From: an uncultured bacterium
GTDB lineage: Bacteria > Auribacterota > JAFGBW01
DNA: 64,000 bases
NCBI GenBank assembly: GCA_964443875.1
Contig: CAYUET010000002.1
Location: 70,082-134,081, forward strand
Direction: 5' to 3'
In this document: piece by piece, positions 55,701-64,000 of the stretch
Layout of the letters: each line of letters starts with the position of its first letter
Numbering within the stretch: the stretch's first letter is position 1
Notes under the pieces: generated by a model
What the model saw: only the letters and a program-made list of their open reading frames with translations
What the model was told of the DNA's origin: nothing
Databases searched by the model: none
Program-made: the position numbers and the translations under genes

Positions 55701-58700
55701 CGGAATAATCCCGGGTTTGCTGCAATTTGAGGCCAGAAACCCGCTGAAATTGAAAACAACCCCGAATTTACCCAAACAGGGAGCTATTTCTGTTTCCGGG
55801 TATACCAGGGCTGATTCATCGCTGATCGTGAGCTGTGTTTCCCATGAGGAAATTCTTTTTGAACAGCTGATTGATTCGGATTCCAAGGGGCATTTTGAGC
55901 ATTCCTTTCTGGTGCCTTTCGGAGAATACGAAATTCGTCTTACCAATGAAAACGAAAAGGCCCCGTTTTATCAGAAATCCATTACTTTAAGCTCCAGCCA
56001 GTTGATTTTGGTCGCCATGGCGGAAGAGGAAATCGGAAAGCTCAGCAGCACCGGAAATATTGAGGTTGCCGGCAACAGTGATAAGTTTGATGAGGAATTA
56101 TATAACGAAGGCAAAGCGGCTTTTTACCTGAAAGGAAAAGTGAAGGGAAAGTATCTGCTTACCCTTTCCTATGATTCGGAAAGAGGAAAAACTCAGGATG
56201 ATGAGCTGTTTAATTATCTTGATCCGGATAAGTATTATCCCATCTACGGGGATTCCTCACAGACCGATTATGATGCAACAGACAGCGACGGAAAGCTTTT
56301 TCTGATGGTGGAATGGGACAGATCCAAAGCGCAATGGGGAAATTTTCAGACCCGTCTTAACGACGAATCTCTTTTGTTTTACAACCGTTCTCTTTACGGC
56401 GGAAAAGTGGAATACACCTCCTTATCTTCAACAAAGTTTGGAGATCCGGACATGCAGGTCATCCTTTTCGGATCTTCTTCACTTTCCCGTCAGGGCTTCA
56501 ATACCATTGAATCCACCGGGGGCTCTCTTTATTATTTGAGCCGGAGTGATATTGTGAAAGGCAGCGAGCAGGTGTTTTTAGAAGTCAGGGATACTGTTAC
56601 CGGGGAAGTCGTTGAAAAGATCGATCAGATCCGCAGTGTGAATTATGAGATGGATTATGACTCGGGCCGCATTGTTTTTACCTCTCCGGTTCCCAGAACT
56701 ATGAGGACCAGCCGTGTTACGGATACCAGCCTGAATTTCAGAAATCAGGTGTATATTGTGGTGACCTATGAATACAAACCGGACTCCCCGATTGAAGATG
56801 CAAATGCCGGCTTAAGAGTGGAAAAGGCTATCGGCGATCATGTTTCCGTGGGCACGACTTTAATTACAGAGGATAATGGAAGCAATGATAATGCTGAACT
56901 TAAATCTGTGGATGTGACTTCGCATATTACAGAAAACACGAAAATCCGCATGGAGGCGGCGGCAACGGATCAATATAATCCGAGGACGCTTTCCTCTCAG
57001 AACGGGGGCTTATCCTTTTCCCAGAATTCTTTGGGACGTGCGGATGATTCAGGGCATGCCTATTCCGTAGTGGTTTCCAACCAGAAGGATCAGAAAAGGG
57101 ATTTGTCTGTGTATTATACCAAAAGAGAGTCCGGATTTATTAATGAACGGGACTACAACGAAGCCGGTACGGAAAAAACAGGAGCCAACGCCCAGGTCAG
57201 GGTCTCTGAAAAGGTGAAACTTTTTTCCGAACTTTTCCATGAAACCACCGATGATGAAACCCAGATAGCCAAGGGTTATAAGAAGAAACTGGAAGGCCGC
57301 GCCGGAGTTGCCTGGCAGGCCCTTGAGAAACTGAGACTGGAAACGGAATATCACGGCATCAAAAAAGAAGTGCCGGATGATACGATCAATCTCTGGGGGC
57401 TGGCCGGGTATTATGATTTTTCGCAGAAAATGAGCGCTTTTCTGAAGCAGCAGGTCAGCGGGGCAGAAGATGACATGACCGCCACTCAGGGGGGACTGGA
57501 ATATCAGGTGACTGAACGTTTGCGTCTGGGACTTTCCCATACGGTCGGTGAAGAAGGGGATTATTCACAGGTCAATGCCCTGTGGGCCGTGGATAAAACA
57601 AGAGAGTTTTACATGGAGGCCCAGAGCGACGGATTAAACCAGGGCAGCGGAAATGATACCGAGCTGGTCGTGGGAATGAATGATGTTTTAAACCGTTATT
57701 CCTCCATGTATACGGAATATAAAATCCGCAGCAGCGGGGATTATTCCTATACCACGATCGGTTCAGGTTACCGTCATAAAATCAGTGATCTGACTCAGAT
57801 GTATATCAACTATGAAAATGAAACCCGTGACGATGACAGGGACAGCAATGTACTGGGAGGCGGGATCAGCTACTGCAAACCGGACAAAGCCTATCTTTCA
57901 ACCGGGGTGGAAGTCAGAAGGGATGAAACAACAGATGAGATCGAGCAGTGGCTCACCCAGAACAAGGCCAAATGGACCTTTGACTGCGGTCTTTCCCTGT
58001 TTGGAAAAGTGAATTATTCGCAGACAGACAATGAAACCCTGGACATCCGGCAGGCGGACTATAAGGAATACGCAACAGGAATAGCCTACAGGCCCGTGCT
58101 TCTGGATGTGGTTAATTTTCTTTTCAAATATACCCGTCTGACCGACCAGAATCCTGCGGAAAGAGAAGAGCCGGAATGGCTCTCCGAGCACAAGACCGAT
58201 GTGTATTCCGGTGAATTTTTATGGGATATCTGCAAATGTGTTCAATACTTTTTCAAATACGCCTGGAAACAGTCGGATTATGAATACACGTTTTCAGAAG
58301 AGGAATTTGAATCCGAGATCTCCCTGTGGATCAATCGCATCAATGTCTATATCACGCAGAATATAGGAACAGCCCTGGAATACCGGGTAAAGGATTACCA
58401 GACCCTGGATGAGAAAAAAGAGGGTTATGCTGCGGAATTGTTTTATGACCCTGTGGAAAATTTCAGGGTCACGGTAGGTTATAATTTTACGGATTTTTCA
58501 GACAATATGCAGTCCTTCAATGATTATGAAAACTATGGCCCTTATATTCGTTTCACCGGTAAGGCTGCCTTTGATGAACTGGAGATGCTTTCTCCCTTTA
58601 AGAAGGAATATTACAACTGGAGACTTTTCAAGAGTATGCCTGAAGACTTTAAAATTTCCGGGAAATTGGACCTGGCCTTTGGCTTTGTGGACAGGGATTT

Positions 58701-60909
58701 TGAGTGGAATCTTTCAAACATGGACCTCTGGGAAAAGAATTGGCGCTACCTTTACGGAGAAGATAAGGAAAATACCTATAATCCGGGTATGTACAGCCAG
58801 TTAAGAGTGAATACGGAATATCCTCTTTCGGATGAATGGGCGCTCTATTTTGATTTTTCAATTGATCCCCATATGGTCGCTTCCAAGTCAGATACTGTCC
58901 ATGTGACGAGTGAATCCGGGGACTCTGCGGAGGTGACTTTTTATTACTGGGCGTCAAATGACAAAACGATCTCGCGAAGTGTACGAACAAAAAATGGAAA
59001 TGCCTTTAATACGGGCGAACAGAATGTTCATGATAACACCATCGATTCTTATCAGATAGAGACCAGCTGGGGGGATACTTTTACCATTCCTGAAACAAAG
59101 CTTGATGAACAGATTGTACCCTGGAAGACACTTGCTTTAGGTTATAAGTCAGATGAGAATTATTTTAAGTTGAATGTACTGGGCGATATGACCGCCACCT
59201 ATAGCAGTGATGATCCCCTGAGACTGGTTGGAAACCGGGATTTCTGGCAGCCTCATTCCTGGCTTTATTTCTGGCAGCCCGGCCAGTATTATTACGGGAC
59301 TCAGGCCTTCGGGAAGGGAAGGCTGGATGACTCTCTTATTTTTTACAACCGTAACAGTTTTGCCCAATGGCTCACCTATGTGCGGGGCGCACAGTTTGCA
59401 ACGAACGTAGAGGGTCTCGGCCGTTTTGAAGGAGCCGTGGCAACGCCCATTACCCAGTGGGATCTTTATGACGGATACACGGACGTCAATAATGTGAGCG
59501 GAGCCTTCCGCTATAAGTCAGCCCTTGATGCAGAGGCCCCTGTTCAGATCGGAAGTACTTATGCCTTCAGGGCCGGGTACAACGATGAAGAGCTGGATTT
59601 TATGAACCAGGTTTTTGCAGGAGATTGCTATTTTACACTGTGGAATGATTATAAGGTAACTATGGAATATGCGGTCAGCAGCACAGAGACGGATAAGACC
59701 TCGGATATCTACGCTGAGAAATATATTGGTCAGGCTTTTAAACTGAATGTGGAACGCAAGGTTGATTTTGCTTCTTTTGAGCACACCTTAAGCTTGGATG
59801 CCTCGGGGATGACCAAGGATTTTATGTCCGCAGGGTCGGATTACCGTTTTACTTCCCTTGATCAGTTCTGGTCAAATCACCTTGATTTTTATGACCATCC
59901 CCAGTGGTTCAAGGATGAGGTGCTTCCTTGCAGGCTGGGTAACGGGCTTCGTGAAAACCGGAATGTATACAAGGCTGCTTGTATCTCCCAGAACAGTGAT
60001 AAGGTGACCAACCTTCTGCAGTTCATGTATGTGGAAAGCAATGAGGAGCAGGAATTCCAGGAAAGAAGGCTCCGTGAAGAGCTGACAGTTCCTGTGGAGG
60101 ATCTTTTTACCCTGCAGTTCATGGTATTGAACAACCATTACCCTGAAACTGAAGCCGGGATTGAGCCTCTGGCGAATCAGACCGATGTCGCCAAATATCT
60201 TTCGCCCAACGCGGATGAAAGGGATATTCTGAATAATTCCATTCTTGCCGGAGAGGATCCCTCCATAGGAGCTTACTCCACGGGAATCAAGGTGCCGCTG
60301 TTTGGAAAGAAGATAGAGTTGGTGGGTGTTTATGAATATACCAATAATTACGGGGATCAGTTCCCCCAGTTTATCATGCAGGATACATCCTATGGAAACC
60401 TTGTCAGCAACGACGACGGGCGTTTTGATTCCCCCGTCACCTTTCTGGATAGTCAGCAGATTTTTGACCTTCCTTCCTATGATTATTACAATATCTACAG
60501 AATGAAACTGTTTTTCTACCCTTGGGAACCGGTAACCCTTCAGGTGGCCTATACCAAGAATGAGAATAAATTTGCTTCGGGTATTGACGACAATATCAAT
60601 CATTTATTTTTTGAAGCCAAGTACCAGGATCCGGATAAAAAGTACCAGACGAGGATGAATTATACCCGTTCCAAGATGATGAATGTTCCGGATTATATGG
60701 AAACAGGAGACCTGGAATATGAGTCCCACGATAATTTTTTCACGGAGTTTGCCTACTTTTTTTCAAAGGATTCCAAGATGTATGTGCATTATGGTATTTT
60801 TGCAGGCATGACCGATTATACTTCAACCCCTTACCTGGTTTCTCCCTGGTCTTTGCCTACGCTGGATACCCGGAATATTGTTCGTGTGACCTATTCTAAA
60901 AAGTTTTAG
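52744..60909 (+). CDS. Giant secreted or surface protein (2,721 aa): parallel beta-helix repeats, Cna-B/CarboxypepD_reg-like and DUF11-like domains, and a long C-terminal putative beta-barrel region
   Basis: It has a signal peptide (MKRVLFFFFMLYSGFCFS). Residues about 100-430 hold roughly 10 PbH1-type repeats (NxxxNGxxI/V...). Cna-B-like modules follow (GTVLDSKTKMPVYDAEVYLYD...TDGKFTF and GKVFLDSNANGIQDYGEKGIPNAVIY...TDKNGLYSV), then a DUF11-like repeat. About 1,700 aa rich in Tyr/Asp/Asn/Gly follow, ending VRVTYSKKF. Confidence 0.8.
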   Translation: MKRVLFFFFMLYSGFCFSATYTVSSDSEAEFAVGTLRGSLHQAEANPGPDTIVFDRDMTISLTNISRVFVYNNEGVTIDAQGYNVIIDGTGMNLDPGWPAVGIWLVDTGHLWGGGQLGGNATIRGITFRNCAYGGALVSSGSANNSFIDCTFHNNGASGIVVDGTDASLDGSQNTSNITIQNCVFYNQAHSGVYIKRTEDVSIENCVSYNNTQNGFLIAESSNVDISNCRTYSNTQSGIWFISDCHNNSVTGCEIGGSAGGNGWPGVIISGTCTDNTLRNNSITHNGAEGIKIDDHCETTTIENNVIAENIYSGILVTGSSGSSTIINNTLLGNQQNGIWLMGASNNRIHNNTIGTNSSGAVYGNRWCGVLVSSGSTDNFIGGDTASLGNLIVNNLAEGVKVDGWDTIRNLVRFNTYYSNAQGGYRNVNGANQALPVPYIYPPATYTSPQQVTVHGLGTPGTVVDIYISDSQTDKTQARYYKGTVEPNADGEFSFTFDYDHPGQIITAVARDGVRNSSGFDVQITEGGLTGTVLDSKTKMPVYDAEVYLYDSQNRIYTATRTGTDGKFTFALLQGTFSIVVKKQGYRFPSILTESLSGAAKGEVFSFQSSLNLEIPVDQGYPLDVNLTLEKDKVSAGDPLGVQLAINNTSTDDYSKVNLRYYLPPTLKLASSAPVQVNGETVSLQTETDGFILPLSNIRAGDNFTIPLVFWVSGGAEEKEFMIGARAYQVRGGSALYLSDLRLKEVAVVPDEFMENSTLIGKVFLDSNANGIQDYGEKGIPNAVIYSEQGLIITTDKNGLYSVPDITEGSHVFMVKRNSLPKGMTLEKNSMMVHVRKGSMHKVNFAVKAESADISVDTPASTIILQEEMNPPVAFTEVNLRKYENQGFRKTGEDQYQMEFDIVSNSRLYIKDWDFVLRTVSDQREVFVKSSQQISMLPKQFIVPLNGRQLYELNGKNLEYFLTITYSNGVKTETPAQKIRIEHKGSGIIPGLLQFEARNPLKLKTTPNLPKQGAISVSGYTRADSSLIVSCVSHEEILFEQLIDSDSKGHFEHSFLVPFGEYEIRLTNENEKAPFYQKSITLSSSQLILVAMAEEEIGKLSSTGNIEVAGNSDKFDEELYNEGKAAFYLKGKVKGKYLLTLSYDSERGKTQDDELFNYLDPDKYYPIYGDSSQTDYDATDSDGKLFLMVEWDRSKAQWGNFQTRLNDESLLFYNRSLYGGKVEYTSLSSTKFGDPDMQVILFGSSSLSRQGFNTIESTGGSLYYLSRSDIVKGSEQVFLEVRDTVTGEVVEKIDQIRSVNYEMDYDSGRIVFTSPVPRTMRTSRVTDTSLNFRNQVYIVVTYEYKPDSPIEDANAGLRVEKAIGDHVSVGTTLITEDNGSNDNAELKSVDVTSHITENTKIRMEAAATDQYNPRTLSSQNGGLSFSQNSLGRADDSGHAYSVVVSNQKDQKRDLSVYYTKRESGFINERDYNEAGTEKTGANAQVRVSEKVKLFSELFHETTDDETQIAKGYKKKLEGRAGVAWQALEKLRLETEYHGIKKEVPDDTINLWGLAGYYDFSQKMSAFLKQQVSGAEDDMTATQGGLEYQVTERLRLGLSHTVGEEGDYSQVNALWAVDKTREFYMEAQSDGLNQGSGNDTELVVGMNDVLNRYSSMYTEYKIRSSGDYSYTTIGSGYRHKISDLTQMYINYENETRDDDRDSNVLGGGISYCKPDKAYLSTGVEVRRDETTDEIEQWLTQNKAKWTFDCGLSLFGKVNYSQTDNETLDIRQADYKEYATGIAYRPVLLDVVNFLFKYTRLTDQNPAEREEPEWLSEHKTDVYSGEFLWDICKCVQYFFKYAWKQSDYEYTFSEEEFESEISLWINRINVYITQNIGTALEYRVKDYQTLDEKKEGYAAELFYDPVENFRVTVGYNFTDFSDNMQSFNDYENYGPYIRFTGKAAFDELEMLSPFKKEYYNWRLFKSMPEDFKISGKLDLAFGFVDRDFEWNLSNMDLWEKNWRYLYGEDKENTYNPGMYSQLRVNTEYPLSDEWALYFDFSIDPHMVASKSDTVHVTSESGDSAEVTFYYWASNDKTISRSVRTKNGNAFNTGEQNVHDNTIDSYQIETSWGDTFTIPETKLDEQIVPWKTLALGYKSDENYFKLNVLGDMTATYSSDDPLRLVGNRDFWQPHSWLYFWQPGQYYYGTQAFGKGRLDDSLIFYNRNSFAQWLTYVRGAQFATNVEGLGRFEGAVATPITQWDLYDGYTDVNNVSGAFRYKSALDAEAPVQIGSTYAFRAGYNDEELDFMNQVFAGDCYFTLWNDYKVTMEYAVSSTETDKTSDIYAEKYIGQAFKLNVERKVDFASFEHTLSLDASGMTKDFMSAGSDYRFTSLDQFWSNHLDFYDHPQWFKDEVLPCRLGNGLRENRNVYKAACISQNSDKVTNLLQFMYVESNEEQEFQERRLREELTVPVEDLFTLQFMVLNNHYPETEAGIEPLANQTDVAKYLSPNADERDILNNSILAGEDPSIGAYSTGIKVPLFGKKIELVGVYEYTNNYGDQFPQFIMQDTSYGNLVSNDDGRFDSPVTFLDSQQIFDLPSYDYYNIYRMKLFFYPWEPVTLQVAYTKNENKFASGIDDNINHLFFEAKYQDPDKKYQTRMNYTRSKMMNVPDYMETGDLEYESHDNFFTEFAYFFSKDSKMYVHYGIFAGMTDYTSTPYLVSPWSLPTLDTRNIVRVTYSKKF
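53078..53088 (+). repeat. Homopolymeric G11 tract inside the giant gene (codons about 112-115, WGGGQ)
   Basis: Eleven consecutive G were counted directly in the sequence. They sit in-frame within the 5' part of the 2,721-aa ORF. Confidence 0.9.
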
Positions 60910-60971
60910 TCCGGATCATGAAACAGAAAATTTCTTCAGTGATGAAGAACGCTATATAAAAGGAGTGGATT

Positions 60972-61250
60972 ATGCTGACAGCCATTATTTTAATTCAGGT
61001 TGAAAGAAAAAAAGTAAATGAAGTTGCGGATAAACTTCTGGAAATCAAGGGTATTACTGAAGTGTATTCGGTGAGCGGGCACTGGGATCTTGTGGCGGTC
61101 CTGAGGGTCTCCCAGAATGAACAGCTGGGAGAGGTTGTCACCTCTCATATTACCCAGATTGAGGGGATTCACAAAACAGAAACCATGGTTGCCTTTAAAG
61201 CCTTTTCAAAACACGACCTGGAATGCATGTTTGACATCGGGAACGCATAG
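60972..61250 (+). CDS. Stand-alone Lrp/AsnC-type ligand-binding (RAM) domain protein
   Basis: 92 aa. IILIQVERKKVNEVADKLLEIKGITEVYSVSGHWDLVAVLRV matches the AsnC_trans_reg C-terminal domain. There is no HTH. The RBS is AAGGAG. Confidence 0.6.
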   Translation: MLTAIILIQVERKKVNEVADKLLEIKGITEVYSVSGHWDLVAVLRVSQNEQLGEVVTSHITQIEGIHKTETMVAFKAFSKHDLECMFDIGNA

Positions 61251-61332
61251 GATTTTTAAAAATAAAAAAGGATAAAGCGGAGGGGATCTGCTTTATCCTT
61301 TTGAGGGGTATCATCCTTAATTAGGGATGATC

Positions 61333-61704
61333 TTAAATCAGGATCATGCGGGTGAGCGCAATATCGCCGTCCGCAAGATAATGCAGGACGCGGATAATCT
61401 TGTTGCGGAAACCGTTTCTGTGACTGATGACTTCGCAGATGGTTTCCCGTCCGCCTTTAATAATACGGGTACAGAGTTCAATATTATGTTCCATTAATAT
61501 TTTTGCAATTTCTGTAACTTTGACATGCAGGGGGGTATTTTCCTGAAAGAGGGCATGAAAGAGTTTTTCAAGCGTGAATAAAGAGGGTTCAAATAACTGG
61601 ACAATTTGCCGGTAATAGCGGATCAGATCATCCACACGCGCATCGTGTGATAAATTGAGTTCAACTCGTCGAATTGGATAGAAAAAATTTCGCAAAAAGC
61701 TCAT
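61333..61704 (-). CDS. Hypothetical protein (123 aa)
   Basis: Soluble and helical, with no family recognised. Confidence 0.4.
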   Translation of the reverse strand: MSFLRNFFYPIRRVELNLSHDARVDDLIRYYRQIVQLFEPSLFTLEKLFHALFQENTPLHVKVTEIAKILMEHNIELCTRIIKGGRETICEVISHRNGFRNKIIRVLHYLADGDIALTRMILI

Positions 61705-61964
61705 TGATTTCCCCTTTATTTTGAATTGGTGAAAAAGAATAAAGCAGGAATGGTGCCAATTTTTATTAAAAATAAATTTGTGATGTAATATGCTTGTTTG
61801 TAGTTAATTGTGATTTATTATTTTTTTAATTTCTCGCTTTCGTTTATGAACAGTTTTGTTCACTCCTGTACAAAAGGAAAATAAACTTGACGAAAAAGTG
61901 AGGGAGGACTAAAAAGTCACAAAATCCAATAGTTTTCGCACATTAACAGAGGAGATGAAATTTT

Positions 61965-62675
61965 ATGAAGAAACTGATGGCTATATTTGCATTGGTATCC
62001 GCTTTATGTTCCTTATCTTATGCTGATGATTATGATTTTGAATTCGGCCCACGGCTTGGATATATTTCTTATTCAGATGATCTGCTTGATGCAGGGATGA
62101 TGTGGGGGGTGCAGGGCTCCTTCTATCTGAATCCGGATAATCGCATCCGCTTAAGTTATGATTTCTATACCGGAGATAAAACCAGTGAAGTTCGTGAACT
62201 CGATTACTCCAGGACCTGGACGCAGAACGGTACTGTTTATACGAATTATTATTTTATTGACTGGATCTTTGAATATGAAATTGAAACCAATCCTCTTTTT
62301 CTTGAATATAATTATCTTTTTATCCTGGATGATTTTAATTTTTACATCGGTGCCGGCCTGGGTATTTCTTTTAATGATATCTCCACCAGTTCCAGCTTTC
62401 ATCGGCAGAATGCGATCAGTCAGAGTATTGCCGCAGAGCTGAACAGTGCCATAAATGTAAAATCGGATATGGATGATTCTTTTATGTATGGATTTACCGC
62501 CGGGGGGGCCTACAAAATTTATGATAACCTGACGGTTGAGGTCACTGCAGCCTATATTCTTAATGAGGCTGATGCAAGCGTATCCATTAGAGGTCCTGAC
62601 TATGCAGCTGATCAGGATATCACTGTGGATATGGATAGTTTCAGTCTTGTTTCTTCGCTGAATTATCTGTTTTAA
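61965..62675 (+). CDS. Small outer-membrane beta-barrel protein (OmpA-like/OmpW-like barrel)
   Basis: It has a signal peptide (MKKLMAIFALVSALCSLSYA). Amphipathic strands alternate, and it ends in a C-terminal ...LNYLF. The RBS is GAGGAG. Confidence 0.65.
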   Translation: MKKLMAIFALVSALCSLSYADDYDFEFGPRLGYISYSDDLLDAGMMWGVQGSFYLNPDNRIRLSYDFYTGDKTSEVRELDYSRTWTQNGTVYTNYYFIDWIFEYEIETNPLFLEYNYLFILDDFNFYIGAGLGISFNDISTSSSFHRQNAISQSIAAELNSAINVKSDMDDSFMYGFTAGGAYKIYDNLTVEVTAAYILNEADASVSIRGPDYAADQDITVDMDSFSLVSSLNYLF

Positions 62676-62692
62676 ATAGTTCTGATTTATCT

Positions 62693-62732
62693 AAAAGGGG
62701 GGGGGATCAATAAGATTTCCCCCTTTTTTTTT
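62693..62732. terminator. Bidirectional intrinsic terminator (AAAA-G9-loop-C5-T9)
   Basis: It lies 18 nt after the OMP gene stop. A G-run pairs with CCCCC and is flanked by A4 upstream and T9 downstream. Confidence 0.6.
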
Positions 62733-62940
62733 GTCTTGATTTTATGCATATCGCCAGATATCCGGGGTCGAAAGTCCGGGAAATGGTTTTCGAAAAAAAA
62801 AGGTATTGTGTTTTTATAAAATTAGGTTCAATTTTGAACATTGGAAATTAGGCTTTGATCCATGAAAAGCCTGAAAAATTTGGAATGCATGTTATTAACG
62901 GCAGCCATTCAGGCGGCAGGCCGGTTAACGAAATGAGTGT

Positions 62941-64000
62941 ATGAACGAGACGTTACTGAAAAAAGAAATTCATGAATGCCTTTTGAAATATTTTGGCTAT
63001 TCGGCTTTCCGCCCCGGTCAGTATGAAGTGATTGAGAGTCTGCTTATGGGGATTCCCACCATGGCGGTCATGCCGACAGGAGGGGGAAAGTCCATCTGCT
63101 ACCAGATTCCCGCCCTTCTTCTGCCGGGTGTGACGATTGTGGTATCCCCCTTGATTTCTCTGATGAAGGACCAGGTGGATAAGCTGGTTCAGAGAAAAAT
63201 CCCGGCAGCCCTTCTCAACAGCACCTTAAGCTTAAGACAGGGAGAGGATGTTCTGGAAGAGTGCCGGAAAAGGCGGATCAAGCTTCTTTATATTGCCCCT
63301 GAACGCTTTCATTCCTCCCTGTTCAGGGAGGCTTTTCAGAATATTCAGGTCTCTCTTTTTGCCGTGGATGAAGCGCATTGCATTTCCCAGTGGGGGCATG
63401 ATTTCAGGCCCTCCTATCTCCGGATGAACCATGCGGTGCATATGCTTGGAAACCCTGTGGTCGGTGCTTTCACAGCCACAGCCACCCCCGAGGTGCGGGA
63501 GGATATTGTCAGGCAGCTGGAATTGAAAAATCCGCGGGTGGTGATCCGGGGGTTTGACCGCCCCAATATCCGTTATCTGACCCTTGCTCTCAAGGAAAAG
63601 GAGAAGGAAATGGAAGTGGTGGATATTTTAAGAAAATTCAGGGTTTCAACCATTATTTACTGTTCTACAAAAAAAAGCACGGATCGTCTCTGCGAGCATC
63701 TGCAGCATCACGGGGTTCGCTGCGAAAGTTATCATGCGGGGCTTGATCCCCGCCAGCGGGATCAGGTGCAGGAATGGTTCATCACCGGCAGGCTTCCGGT
63801 CATAGTCGCCACCAATGCCTTTGGAATGGGAATAGACAAGCCGGATATTCGTCTCATCATCCATTACAATCTCCCCGGTTCACTGGAGGCCTTTTATCAG
63901 GAATCCGGAAGAGCCGGCCGGGACGGCCAGGTTTCATACAGCATGCTTATGGGGAATACAAGGGATGTTAAAATTCAGGAGTATCTGGTCAACTGCAGTT
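62941..64000 (+). CDS. recQ: ATP-dependent DNA helicase RecQ (3' end lies outside the window)
   Basis: FGYSAFRPGQYEVIESLLMG, AVMPTGGGKSICYQIPALLL, FAVDEAHCISQWGHDFRPSY and ESGRAGRDGQ are helicase motifs I-VI. The ORF is open to the window end and is not in the supplied ORF table because it has no stop. Confidence 0.9.
   Translation, partial: MNETLLKKEIHECLLKYFGYSAFRPGQYEVIESLLMGIPTMAVMPTGGGKSICYQIPALLLPGVTIVVSPLISLMKDQVDKLVQRKIPAALLNSTLSLRQGEDVLEECRKRRIKLLYIAPERFHSSLFREAFQNIQVSLFAVDEAHCISQWGHDFRPSYLRMNHAVHMLGNPVVGAFTATATPEVREDIVRQLELKNPRVVIRGFDRPNIRYLTLALKEKEKEMEVVDILRKFRVSTIIYCSTKKSTDRLCEHLQHHGVRCESYHAGLDPRQRDQVQEWFITGRLPVIVATNAFGMGIDKPDIRLIIHYNLPGSLEAFYQESGRAGRDGQVSYSMLMGNTRDVKIQEYLVNCS

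Noticed and set aside
1-64000. Searched for tRNA genes (GGTTCGAATCC-type T-arm), rRNA, CRISPR arrays and IS transposases
   Set aside because: No T-loop-containing cloverleaf, no regularly spaced direct repeats other than the three structured repeats, and no transposase/integrase ORF was recognised. The three structured repeats are irregularly spaced and 120-140 bp long, so they are not CRISPR-like.

Overview
The window is a 64-kb chromosomal segment from a low-GC (about 42-45% by eye), Gram-negative bacterium of uncertain phylum. Diderm status is inferred from outer-membrane barrel proteins, prepilin-type proteins and a TRAP transporter. TGA and TAA serve as stop codons, and AGGAGG-type ribosome-binding sites are common.

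Housekeeping genes make up much of the window:
- a truncated valS 3' end, nadC, coaC/coaB, and a minus-strand nusA-infB-rbfA-truB-ribF operon;
- ppnP, dinB, rph, folE, a dctPQM TRAP transporter, a Kef-type antiporter and a 3'-truncated recQ.

Accessory, cell-surface and glycan genes are interleaved with them:
- A candidate lipid-linked glycosylation locus at 15.5-24.5 kb. It holds two paralogous roughly 1,040-aa ArnT/PMT-like GT-C glycosyltransferases arranged divergently. One is translationally coupled to a UbiA-family polyprenyl-phosphate phosphoribosyltransferase of the mycobacterial DPPR-synthase type. A UDPGP-like nucleotidyltransferase (DUF4301-like) follows. The locus abuts a three-gene prepilin-type (PilX/PilV/PilW-like) cluster, and a UDP-glucuronate decarboxylase lies 13 kb away.
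- Two proteins built from tandem duplications of a whole functional module: DUF21-CBS x2 (1,269 aa) and CDP-alcohol phosphatidyltransferase x2 (513 aa).
- A GH94-like glycoside phosphorylase.
- A heat-shock island with three tandem Hsp20 genes and cbpA.
- A 2,721-aa secreted giant protein with parallel beta-helix, Cna-B and DUF11 domains, a roughly 1,700-aa C-terminal region ending in an OMP-like terminal Phe, and an in-frame G11 homopolymer near its 5' end.
- A roughly 120-140-bp structured intergenic repeat family, with three copies.

No tRNA, rRNA, CRISPR array or transposase was recognised.
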